Shown: positions 1-11,600 of the stretch, one piece after another
Layout: each line of letters begins with the position of its first letter
How positions within the stretch are numbered: position 1 is the stretch's first letter
Notes under the pieces: generated by a model
What the model was told of the DNA's origin: nothing
Databases searched by the model: none
Seen by the model: the letters and a program-made list of their open reading frames with translations, nothing else
Translations under genes and position numbers: made by a program
From: Octopus vulgaris
Lineage: Eukaryota
NCBI GenBank assembly: GCA_951406725.2
Contig: OX597817.1
Span: 131,874,001 to 131,938,000, forward strand
DNA length: 64,000 nt
Direction of reading: 5' to 3'

Positions 1-316
1 TTTTTCATTTAACCTTAGACTGAATGTCAATATTTTAAGTGCTTGCGTCACATTTTATGTGGAGAAAAAAAAAAAAAAAAAAACTATATCGGTACTAAAC
101 GATAGCAGCTTGTTTACACATAGCGTCCGGTCATTGACCCCACGAAACATCTGTTATACATTAATTGCGCGAGACAATAATCAATAAACTGTTACAAACA
201 TTACATACACAGAAATAGCCAGAACGATTTCTGCATTTAAAAAATTTTGTTTTTGATTATTTTAGCATATTCTTCCGAGGCAATCAACCGACGTTTATAG
301 TCACCCAAATGGTTTT

Positions 317-317
<1 letters not shown>

Positions 318-384
<67 letters not shown>
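318..384. repeat. (ATT)n microsatellite
   Basis: Pure ATT run; further runs at ~939-999 and ~1520-1633. Confidence 0.97.
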
Positions 385-937
385 GAGTGAGAGAGCAGTT
401 CATGCCATCAAAGTGACACTGGGGTAAAATATACGAAGCCCAGTATACCCATCATGACTACCCGTCTGATAAAGGTACACCAGGCACATGCATCACAACC
501 ACGTGTGCGCGACATGGTGATCTCATATCAAGATAAACAGCACATGACCTTGCAGGTGGGGCCCAGTTAGAAATTTCTTCGGGTTGAGTAGCCCATACCG
601 CTCAAAAGGTCCCTGAATAAGGGTTGTTTAAGGATGTTGAAAGAACCACCCATGTTTCCAGAGGTGAACTATTCAAACCCCAAAGAATCCCTCTCAACAC
701 ATGGCTATGATGCTCCCCCACTACTTCTGCTCGTGATCAGAGATGCACATATCGTCAGCCACTAAGGGACATGCTCAAATGGTTAAGGTCAAACAACTGA
801 CAAGCAAATCTGTGGTATTGAGCAGAATATTTGCTGTAGCCATCTTTTATACCAAGACAAAACAATGTACATGATAACACTTCCAATCAGTTAAGATCAG
901 AAGCCATGAGAGCCACTGCCTGGTACTGCATCAGGGC

Positions 938-938
<1 letters not shown>
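385..938 (-). mobile_element. ~555-bp non-coding interspersed element embedded in (AAT)n, copy 1 (apparently full length)
   Basis: Homologous to 41132-41671 (opposite strand), 47221-47772 and 1634-1728 (partial). Flanked by (ATT)n on both sides. Strand inferred from the partial copy keeping the ...ctctctcactc-(AAT)n end. Confidence 0.85.
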
Positions 939-999
<61 letters not shown>

Positions 1000-1000
<1 letters not shown>

Positions 1001-1170
1001 GGGAGTGAGGTGGCAGAATCATTACCGCTTTGCGGCATTTCGTCCGTCTTTACGTTCCTAGTTGAAATGCCACATAGATCGACTCTACCATTCATTCCTT
1101 CGACGTCGCTAAAACAAGAACCGGTTGAGCGCTGGGGTCGATGTAATCGACCGGCCTCTCCTTTGTTAGG
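1000..1170 (+). mobile_element. tRNA-derived SINE family A, degenerate copy
   Basis: gaggtggcagaatc...gttgaaatgcc...gtcgactctaccattcattccttc...ggggtcgatgtaatcgac matches copies at 9061, 16985 and 31057. Confidence 0.7.
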
Positions 1171-1519
1171 TAACAATCAGCCCCTTTTGCTATCATTCCC
1201 AAGGCACCTATGACAACAGGTATTGTTTTCGTCTTCAGGTTCCACATTTTGCTGATTTCTATTTCAAGATCTTTATATTTGGTCAGTTTTTGGTAGGTCT
1301 TGACAGATACGTTTATATCGATTGGGACAGTCATATCAATGAGGAGGGATATTCTTTGTTTGAAGTCTTTCAATATGATGTCTGGCCTACTTGCATCTAT
1401 CTTTCTGTCAGTTTGAATGGGGAAGTTCCAGAGGAGTGAGATGTGGTCCATTTTCAAGCACTGGAGGTGGTTTGTGTTCCCACCAGTTTTTTTCATGGGG
1501 CAAATCCAGGTTTTTGCAG
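1171..1519 (-). mobile_element. R4/Dong-type non-LTR retrotransposon fragment (restriction-like endonuclease region)
   Basis: Encodes WNFPIQTDRKIDASRPDIILKD...LIDMTVP...KYKDLEIEI, near-identical to ~43370-43720; starts at an (AAT)n run on its sense strand. Confidence 0.9.
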
Positions 1520-1618
<99 letters not shown>

Positions 1619-1633
1619 GTTATTATTATTATT

Positions 1634-1728
1634 GAGTGAGAGAGCAGCACATGCCATCAAAGTGACACTAGGGTACAAATATACGAAGCCCAATATATCC
1701 ATCATAACTACCCATCTGATAAGGGTAC
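1634..1728 (-). mobile_element. Truncated copy of the ~555-bp (AAT)n-embedded element
   Basis: gagtgagagagcagcacatgccatcaaagtgacact...ctgataagggtac matches 385-480. Confidence 0.85.
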
Positions 1729-2885
1729 GCAACCTCCACTTTAAGCTGAAGATCAAGATTGGTTTTTGGTATTAATACTGTTTCAATCGCAATTAATAAT
1801 TTTTTTATCAAGTCCACTGGCTGTTTTCCCCCACCAGTGCCCGAATAGAAACTGAGATTTTCTATATCGCTGACGGGAAAGTCGGCTGTTATTGCGCTGC
1901 TGGAATCTTTTACTGAGGATCTTGTAGCAAGTTGAAATCATGCGAGTGCTTTTATGCTCCACGAGCACGTATGAGATATTCGTTCAATCTAAACAACACA
2001 ATACTTTGTGTTCTAATACAGTGGTATTGCTCCCCGGGTGGCGCTGGAAAGTTCCAAATGGACGTTCAAGAGAAGTGAGGGGGTAATGGTGTAGCAATTC
2101 ATGTAAAAAGAGGGGTGATGATAGAGTTGCGATTCAGGTAAAAACAACAAAATAATGGCTTTCTTAGGTTAAGTTTTATTTGTGAAATACAGTTCCTTTG
2201 AAGTTGCTTCAGAAAGAAGTCTATATTTGTGATGGTTTATTGGGATGGAGACGCTAGTAATGTGGCCTAGGTGGCGGCAGCCCCAAACTAATTTGAGAAC
2301 CACGTCCACGTGAACCTGGAGACCAGAATAACCAAGTAGTGATATTTATGACATCTACTAACTCTCCTCTACTTTCAAAATCGTTGCTGTTATGCTTAAA
2401 GCAGAGACCATAATGAATTAGTAGATAATTAATCACGGCAGCAAACATTTTCAGTATTCACTTTAAGACTGCAAAACATGTGAAGCAGAATGAAGAGATT
2501 TCGTTTCGCCTCCTTTGAGATTAAAATTTATTGTTCTTCGTGAACTGGAAGACTTGCCAATGCAAAAGGACACTGCGGCCAACTTCAGCAATGTTTAGCT
2601 TCCAGTAATTGCTGCACAGTTAAGCAGATATATCTTGATTATGTAAATGTCTCTATTGATTGTAGCATTAGCAGGCATGCAGAGAAAACATTGCAATCTT
2701 TTACCTGCATTCGTTTATTCTTTTATTCCATCATTCCATTATGTTTTCTATCTATTTTAAAACTTTTCTTCCTCACTCATTACCATTCTTTTACTTTTCA
2801 ACCTGAAGTTACTTGTTCAGTCTCAGCCTCCACCAACTCCCTGAGTATTTATGAACACGCACACACACACACACACACACGCACA

Positions 2886-2924
<39 letters not shown>

Positions 2925-3359
2925 GGTGTTTATATCTATATGTATGTATATATATATATATGTATTTAAAACACACACACACACACATAAACTCATTAGA
3001 CGAGGTTTCAAATAATGGTATAGTACAACAAACGGTGGTGCCCCAGCATGAGCGCAGCTTTAAAGCTAAAACAATCTAAAGATAATAAAGATTTAAAGAT
3101 ATATATATCTTTTCGTCAGTCAATGATATAATGCCGAGTGCTTTTATGCTCCACGAATACGTGAGAGAGATTCGATCATTGTAAGTAACGCAGTATTTTG
3201 TGTTCTAACACAACATCCACGTAAACATGGAGATCTGAATAGCGATGTAGTGATATCAATGACGTCTACTGACTCACCCCTCCCTTCAAAATTGTGCCTC
3301 AACCAGAGATCTTAATAAATTAGTGGAAAATTAATCACAGGAGCAAACATGGGTCCTCT

Positions 3360-3535
3360 AAAATCTACACGTATTTTTAATTCTCTCTCTGTATATTTTC
3401 TCTTATTTCTTTCTGACGAAGAGTTAAGGCTCGAAACGTAAAAGACTTTTTGATTCTTCCTGAACATCAAACTAATAAACATGTGTGTTGTTCATACATT
3501 TGTCTTCGTCTTTGTTTTTCTATAAATTTCAACTA
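3360..3535 (+). mobile_element. Short hammerhead-bearing PLE-derived repeat (family H1)
   Basis: CTGACGA-a-GAG-ttaagg-CTC-GAAACGTA at 3413-3440; homologous to 16030-16180(-), 17676-17878(-) and 30215-30365(+). Confidence 0.7.
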
Positions 3536-3539
3536 TGTA

Positions 3540-4812
3540 TTGGGTTGGCAACTAAGTTAACACGGATTTTTTAAAATTAAATTTTTATTAAAGGTTTAAT
3601 AAAAAAACAGCTAATTAATCAATAATGTATCCACACTTGTTGTTTACGACTTCTTCCCAACTTTCAACAAGATTTTCAATACCCCGTTGATAGAAATCAC
3701 TCGATTTAGACTGGAATAATTGATCCTACCAAGCTCTCAATTCTGCATCAGTACTGAACGAAACTCCGTGTATAGCATTTGAAAGGGATCCAAAGAGGTA
3801 GAAATCCGTTGGTGTCAAATCAGGAGTGTACAGGGAGTGTGGCAGCACTTCCTAGCCATGCGTTTGAATGGCTTCCTTGGTCATATTGGCGATATGAGGG
3901 CGGGCGTTGTCGTGCAGCAGGATTTCATGCTAACGATTAGGTCTTTTCTCATGAACAGCCGTGTTGAGTCGTTCCATCTGTTGAACATTGAGTTCCGCGT
4001 TGACCGTTTGGTTCCGTTCAAGCAATTCGTAATGGATAATCCCTTCCCAGTCCCACCACAACATCGTTTTACTGGGAAGATCTTGCTTCACGCGCGGTGT
4101 CGCTTGTTTACCTGGGCTAAGCCATTTCTTACGCTGCTTCATACTGATGTACAGACACCATTTTTCGTCGCAAGTAACGATTCGGTAAAGAAATTGTTGC
4201 TTGTGTCCATGAGTTGAGCGGTAACCAGCAAGCAAACCAGCGAAGATTGTGGCTCATTGATTTTTTTGCTGTCACTTAAAGCATGCGGAGCCCATGCTCC
4301 ATACTTCTGAACCTTTCTCATCGAGTGAAGATGCTTCTCTATAGCAGTGTAGAAGCATTCTATTTTCTCTGCCAGTTCCCTTGTTATTTGACGAGAATTT
4401 TCGTGTAAAAGTCGGTTTAATCGCTCTTCATAGAACTCGACTGGACGGAAAGAACGAAGTGAGACTTTGAGGTCAAAATATCCATTTTTGAACTTGACAT
4501 ACCAATCATGAGCGGTTCTTTCACCTATGGTACCCTCTCCATACACAGCACAAATGTCGCGAGCAGCTTTTACGGCCTTAGAACCTTGATTAAAAGTAAA
4601 AAGAAGGTGTCAAAACCGCTCGTTTTTATTAACTTCACATCCATTTTAATGATCCGAAAATAAACAAAACTTAACTAAAATTAACTAGAAAAAGAATAGA
4701 TTCCAAAATGATTCAAAAATAGAATCCTCGAAAAAAATAGATTCCAAAATTTAAAAACGCAATATATTCCCAAATTTAAAAAATAACGGCGGGAAGTTAG
4801 TTGCCAACCCAA
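3540..4812 (-). mobile_element. Full-length, inactivated mariner (Tc1/mariner) transposon
   Basis: TIRs ttgggttggcaactaa / ttagttgccaacccaa with TA on both flanks, ~1.27 kb. Frameshifted transposase pieces WAPHAL (WVPHEL), RIVTCDEKW, and YTPDLTPTD (YSPDLAP-D like). Confidence 0.95.
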
Positions 4813-4854
4813 TATATATATTTCACACACACACACATATTCGCGCACATGCAT

Positions 4855-5086
<232 letters not shown>

Positions 5087-5918
5087 ATATGTTGTAGGTA
5101 TATGTGTATGTGTTTATTAATGCGCGTGTATGCATATGGCAATGTGGATGAGGAGAAAGAGAGACTGTTAGTGAACGAATGCATGTGCCAGAATTTGTTT
5201 GTTACATTGTAGGACCTATTCTTTTTACTTTTTGTGTCTGTGGCGTATTCTAGCAGGTGGAAAGTGTTCTGAAAACGGAATCCATCCTACGATTTCTCTT
5301 CCTGACCTAAGATACTTCACTCCATTACATTTACATTTCCTAATGGGCTTTTGAGTAAAGAGGTGAATACATGATACCTTTCAAATTTAGATGCGTTTCA
5401 AATCTCAGACCGTGTTCTCTTTGTCTAAATAATTCATTCCAGAATTTTTGTTTGTTTGTAGATTTTGATGCTTTCGGGACATTAATCTCGGTTTATACAA
5501 CTGTATTTGAGGAACAAATTGAAATCAACTTTCTTTTCTCTTTTTCGTTAGGAAGATAAAATCATAAATTAACTTTTTTAGACATCTTACAAATTTGATG
5601 ATGATAATGGCAAAATGTATGTTTTATCCGGAAATAGGAGCAATTCGCACCGTTTCTTAAAACAACAGCGTCAATGTATATTTAGTTGATAACTACTATA
5701 TAACATTTGAAACGAATGCAATTGGATTTCTTCATCGATTTTTTCAAGTTTCTCATTTCATGCTAAAGCGATTCATAAATAACCTCTCCTTCATATCGTT
5801 TTCCTTACTCTGTCTTCTAGAATTACATTTGTTGAAATAGCTTTTTTTTCAAAGTATTGCTACAGTGCCTCTCTTGCTTCTATTTCTCCATCTCTTAACA
5901 TTTGTCTTATATATATTT

Positions 5919-5957
<39 letters not shown>

Positions 5958-6064
5958 GCCAATTTCATCATCATCATCGCTGGAGTCGTTGTCGTCGTCG
6001 TCATCATCATCATCATCACCATCATCATCATCACAGTCATCCTCCTCACAGCTATAAACTATTG

Positions 6065-7217
6065 GTTTTGAATTTTGGCACACGGCCAGCAATTTGTTTT
6101 GGTGGTGGGGGCAAGCTTTAAGTACATAAGTACTCAACTGGTACTTATTTTATCGACCCCAAGAAGATGAAAGCAAAGTCAACCGTACCGGAATATTTGA
6201 ACTCAGAACGTAAAGTCGGAAGAAATGCCGCCAAGCATTTTTATCCGGCTCCGTAAGTTATTGCCAGCTCACCGCCTTTAGTTTCAAACTTTGGCAAAAG
6301 CCAACAGTTTTAGTCGGGGTGTAATTCAATTATATTGACCCCAATGTCAGCTGATACTTTATTTCATCGAGCCCTAAAGGAGAGAAGGCAAAGTCAACCT
6401 CGGTGGAATTTGAACTCTAACGATTCTGTTCTACTATAGGCACAAGGCCCGAAATCTTTTGAGGAGGGAGCCAGTCCATTAGATGGACCCTAGTACGCAG
6501 CTGGTACTTATTTATCGACCCCGAAAGAATGAAAGCCAAAGTCATCCAAGACGGAATTTGAACTCAGGCCGTCAAGACAGACGAAATACCTATTTCTTTA
6601 CTACCCTCAAGAGACTAAAGACAAAGAGGACAAACAAGGACAGACAAACGGATTAAATCGATTATATCGACACCAGTGGGCAACTGGTACTTATTTAATC
6701 GACCCCGAAACGATGAAAGGCAAAGTCGACTTCGGCGGAATTTGAACTCAGAACGTAGTGGCAGATGAAATACCTATTTCTTTACTACCCACAAGGGACT
6801 AAACACAGAGGGGACGAACAAGGACAGACAAACGGATTAAATCGCTTATATCGACCCCAGTACGTAACTGGTACTTATTTAATCGACCCCGAAAGCATGA
6901 AAGGCAAAGTCAACCTCGGCGGAATTTGAACTCAGAACGTAAAGACGGACGAAATACCACTAATCATTTCGCCCGGCGTTTCTTATTTCTTTATTGCCCA
7001 CAAGGGGCTAAACATAGAAAGGACAAACAAGGACTGAGAAAGGGATTAAGTCGATTACATCGACTCCAGTGCGTAACTGGTACTTAATTTGTCGACCTCG
7101 AAAGGATGAAAGGCAAAGTCAACCTCGGTGAAATTTGATCTCAGAACGTAAAGACAGACGAAATGCCGCTAAGCATTTCGTCCGGTGTGCTAATGTTTCT
7201 GCCAGCTCGCCGCCTTC
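6065..7217 (-). mobile_element. Head-to-tail array of SINE family A units
   Basis: About 6 repeats of ctggtactta...tcgaccccgaaag.atgaaaggcaaagtc.acctcggcggaatttgaactcag; intact head (ggcggcgagctggcagaaac) at ~7215. Confidence 0.88.
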
Positions 7218-7439
7218 CTCATTGCCATAATCATTAATATCCATTTTACCTTTCCTTCACCTTCTCTTTCATGAATTCTTTGGTAGTGTTTTTTTGTGTG
7301 AATTCGATTACTTCTTTGTTTTCGTTTCGTTGACTTGGTAATGTTTTGGAAGAAATTCTTGTTTTCCTGTAATTCATTGTGTTCGTGTAGCTGCTTATTT
7401 TGCGGAGGGATTCTATTATCAATTCTGTCTTTTATTTCC

Positions 7440-7770
7440 TTCAGTTATTGTACTGCAGTCGTGCTGGGGACAAATTGAACAACTCGAACCCAGTAATTAT
7501 TTGTCTCAATGTCTGCTGCTTATTCTCCCAGATTCTTTTTTGCTGAACCGTTAAGTCACAGATACGTAAACAAATCAACACCGATTTCCCAAAAGCGGTT
7601 GAGGGGCAAACTCAACGTAACCATATACACATATACGACATATTCCTCCCAGTTTTCATCTACCAAATTCACTTAATTATTAGTATGTCTTAAGCAATAA
7701 TAGAAGACGCTTGGTTAAGGTGCCGCGCTGTGGTATGAACGATGAAACAAATGGTTGCAAAGCAATTTTC
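7440..7770 (-). mobile_element. SINE family B, degenerate
   Basis: Degenerate match to 37307-37700 (tagaagacgcttggttaaggtgccgc; ccagttttcatctaccaaattcact). Confidence 0.6.
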
Positions 7771-7920
7771 TGTTATGGTATATAATAAAAAAAACTTCAT
7801 GAAATTATTCAGGTATATCTCATGCCGAACACGTAGTCTTCGTACAATGATTTAATCAGGGAATTTATTGGAATGGATTCATATTTCAATTCACTGTCAG
7901 ACACTGATTTCAACACATCA

Positions 7921-8093
7921 CTCCAGCTTTTGCAAGTTGTGGCTCAGAAAGCGGAGATTAAGTCGGGCCCCATAATCTTAGCATATGACTCCAACTTTTG
8001 CAAGACTGAGGCTCAGAAAGCGGCGATTATGTCGGACCTCATGATGTCAACACGTGACTCCAAATTTTGCTGGTGAGATTGAGGCTCAGAAAG
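7921..8093. repeat. ~68-bp tandem repeat, ~2.5 copies
   Basis: ctcca.cttttgcaag...gctcagaaagc occurs three times with ~68-bp spacing. Confidence 0.8.
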
Positions 8094-9060
8094 CACACAC
8101 ACACACACAGACATACGCACAAAACACACATACACACGCACAAAAACATACACACATACACACACACCTACACACTCGCACACAAGCAAACAAGCAAACA
8201 CACGCAGACACACATAAATCAAGCCTCCTCTGAGTTTTGCTGTCCTAAATTCACTCACAAGGGAGCATAGAAGACTAAAGTTCCGAGCAGTGTGATTGAA
8301 CCTGAGACCACGTGGATGCAAAGTGAGTTTCTTAACCACTCAGCAATGTGTATTCCTATTGTTAAAAAACGTGCTGATATCCATAAAATTATTAAGAATA
8401 TCTCACGGTTTTGATGGGATAAAAATTGTTGCTATTTCCTTCCTCTTTTCTCAGTCCATAAAACCAATTATTCTCTCGTCCCAAAGAAATATCTATTCGT
8501 ACTTTTCCTTATTACTCTTCACTAGCACTTTTCTGTTTATTACCTGGAATCAATACATGCTTCTCAGCCTAAGAGAAGGTGATTTGATTAATTTAAACAT
8601 GGCTTATTTTATGCTTCCACTTTATAGAATCTATGGCCAAGTGGATAAGTTTTTAAGCAATCATCTAAATGTTTTGAGGTTCGGATTCAACAAGGACCAG
8701 TATCACCTGATTTACAGTGATTGTTTAGCTCCAAATCAATTCTGATCGAACAAGGTTTTCATTAAAGACTTCTCAGTCATAAAGATTCGCTTTTCCAGGA
8801 GAATTTTAAAGTGGTTAGCTGGTTGGATCGTTAGCATATAGGACCAAAATATCTGTCTACATTTCCTCTGACTTTTTAAGTTCTGAGCCCGAATGCCGGA
8901 ATCTTTCATATCCGTTGGGTGGGTGAACGATAAAATAAATTACCACTCATGCATTGGGGTCCATCTAATCGACTTGTTCTCTCCCCTCAAAATTTGAACC
9001 CTACAACAGACCGCTGTCCTGTTCAGGGAGAATATTGTACTCTCGGTCACTTATATGTTA

Positions 9061-9282
9061 AGGCGGCGATGTGGCAGAAACGTTAGCACGCTGGGCGAAA
9101 TACTTAGCGGTATTTCGCCCGCTGTTACGTAATGAGTTCAAATTCCACCGAGGTCGACTGTACCTTTCATCCTTACGGGGCTGATTAAATAAGTACCAGT
9201 CAACCACTGGGAGTCGATGTAATCGACTTAATCCCCTTGTTTGTCCCTTCTATGTTTAGCGCTCTGTGGGCAATAAAGAAAT
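9061..9282 (+). mobile_element. SINE family A, near full length
   Basis: A-box-like tggcagaaacgttagc, B-box gagttcaaattc, central gtcgact..cctttcatcc..cgggg..taagtaccag, tail ggcaataaagaaat; inserted into an older SINE (8995-9330). Confidence 0.85.
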
Positions 9283-9530
9283 ATGTGATGGAAACAGGTT
9301 AACCAGACCTCTGAGTCTCAGGGCTCAAGAAAAAAAATGAGAGGAGTATATTATTTAGTGTATTCCTTTTGGCAGTTTAAGAGGCAATAACATGGATTAA
9401 GGGAAATTTGTTAGCTATTTCTGGCAAATTAAATGGTCACCTAGATGCTTCCTTCTTGGCACACAATACACCGCAGACCTGCAAGTATCAATAGTACTTA
9501 TGTATAAACTGGTATTATAATGGCTTTCAG

Positions 9531-9596
9531 AACCTTATCCAGATTTTCTCTGACTGCAGAAGCACCTACGTTCGACAGAATAGCAAGCTATCCCTG
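9531..9596 (+). CDS. Candidate 66-bp internal exon (NLIQIFSDCRSTYVRQNSKLSL)
   Basis: ctttcag acceptor and gtaagg donor, length divisible by 3, open phase-0 frame; no homology recognised. Confidence 0.3.
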
Positions 9597-10869
9597 GTAA
9601 GGCGTGTTTCTCATCTACCCATCACCACGGAAACTAAAGTTAAGCACAAGTGAATCCTTGTGATTAAGATAAGGATTAATCGGCAATTGTATTATAGCGA
9701 TAATTTCACATTCTGTTAACGCCATTAGCCTCTTGATTTCATATTGTGCTCAAATGCTTGTCTTTGTTAGCAACCAATAATCCTGAACACTTGAAATCAA
9801 GTCTTCTTTGTCCGTTTTTATAGTCCGGAGTTTTCTATTCATTTCTTTGAAACTAGCTTACTTCTCCATCAACAAATACCTTTTTTCTTTTTTCTTTATT
9901 TTTAATTTCTGCATTTATTATTTCCTTTCATTTTTTCCTCCTTCTGTTTACTCCCGTGTTATTTTATATTGTATAGATAAGTATTCCCCTCAGCATGTTG
10001 ACTTTGTGGTTTTCATCTAATTGCTTCGTAATACAATATCGAACAAAATAGTTTTTTTTTTCTTTCTACTTTTATTATGTTAACCACTTTATTTTGTTTG
10101 ACTCAGATTATTTCCTTAATCCTAGTCTACTTCTTTTAAATAATTTTTTATATATACATATAGGGCAGACGCTGTAAATACGTGCAGCTTCATGTATCAT
10201 ATTAGTCCTGAAAATCTTTAACCAGAATGCTGACAATCGGTAATGTGCGATCTTGTAGAAGTATATGATTTCTATGTACTTGTCGCTAGTTTCAGTCAAA
10301 CTGGAGTTAAGCAATGAGCTGAAAGAATCGTTACCACGTTGGGAAAAAAGCATTACGGAGGATTGTTCCCGTAGTTTACTTTATTTTTACTTCTATTTTA
10401 CCAAGGAGGATGAAAGACAAAATCAAACTCGGCCACATTTGAAGATAGAGCACAAACGAACACAAACAGCAGGACTCATAAACAGTTTTCCGGTGGTTTG
10501 AGTTCTGTGCTGAAATGCTACCAAGTTCGACTTAATCTTTCACTCCGCCGGGATCGATAAACTAAATATCCATTCGAGTACTTCAGTCGAGTGTATCGAT
10601 TAATGCCCTCCCCTCAAAATAAAGTACCGGTTCAGCACTGGGTTTGGTGGCACCAATTAACTGCTCTTCTCTCAAAGTTGATGGACTTGTATCAGTACTT
10701 TACGTTTTGAGTTCAAATACTGCGAATGTCAACTTTGTCTTGTGAAAACCGATAAAATAATCCTGGGATTGATGTAATAGACTAACTTCACATTTGCTAA
10801 AATTGCTGGCCTTGTGCTAAATTTTAAAAGAGTTATTATAATGTATATAACTATTCTATGCTTATAGAG

Positions 10870-11600
10870 TTAGCATGGGATTTGTCTTGTGGTTGGTGAT
10901 AAAAAAATCTCCTCAACTCCCAAGAAATATATTTAGAAACCATGTAGAAAGCAAGATTATTTTTTTCTGCTGATCAACAATGCGAGTCCCAATATCTTTC
11001 AGCCTCTTAACCGTTTGCGAGTTGTGCCAAGAGTATCCTTACCACAGGAATTAGTCGTCTTAGTCTTCCAGAAACTCTTAAACTTTTTTTGGCTTGATCC
11101 TGATATTTCTCAAATTTTCAATTTGTTACTACCCATTCAGTTATCAAAAGGTAGTGCAATGTCTACGATCACATTGTTTGATTCTTTTGTCATCTATAAG
11201 CTTGTATGGTCTTTTGGCTTCAATTGTTTGGTTGATCGTAAAGGAAGTTTCATAAAGTCCTAAAAATTTGAATTCACAGTCACTGCTTCTGGTGCGTGCT
11301 TATACCAATTTTCTGCTATTTTCAAGCCACACACTTAGTTAACATCCCTATGCAACCTTTTACATAAACGGACATGCCTTCTTATATATTTTTGAGCAAA
11401 TTTACTGCATTCCCTGAAGAAATGCTCAGTGCTTTCGTTTCCTTTCCCACAGATTCTGCGTTTGCTCTCTAAAGTTTATCGATCATTGCCTTTATTACAT
11501 TCGTCTTAATGGCTTATCCATGAGCAGCTATAATTAGCACTGCAGCTTTTTCGTTTCAGGTTTATTGGATTTTGAAGCTTTCTTGCTGCGTTAGTATTCT
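10870..11600 (-). mobile_element. Degenerate R4/Dong-type 3' fragment
   Basis: Minus-strand remnants of CRICGKGNESTEH..EC (CCHC), RRH, WYKHAPEAV and a terminal KT.LIP..TL motif. Confidence 0.7.

Noticed and set aside
385-938. HDV-like ribozyme at the 5' end of the 555-bp element
   Set aside because: Only a simple tgccctg/caggca hairpin found; P1.1/P3/L3 pattern not identifiable by eye.
1391-1775. Poly-I/Y/L/N ORFs, and all YI/CV/HT/LSIY-repeat ORFs throughout the window
   Set aside because: Translations of stop-free microsatellites; no coding signal.
5582-5616. 35-bp micro-exon (tttttag...gtatgt)
   Set aside because: Splice-like motifs are common in AT-rich DNA; no further support.
6400-7217. 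CRISPR-like repeat array
   Set aside because: Units are whole ~180-bp SINE bodies without unique spacers; eukaryotic context with no cas genes.
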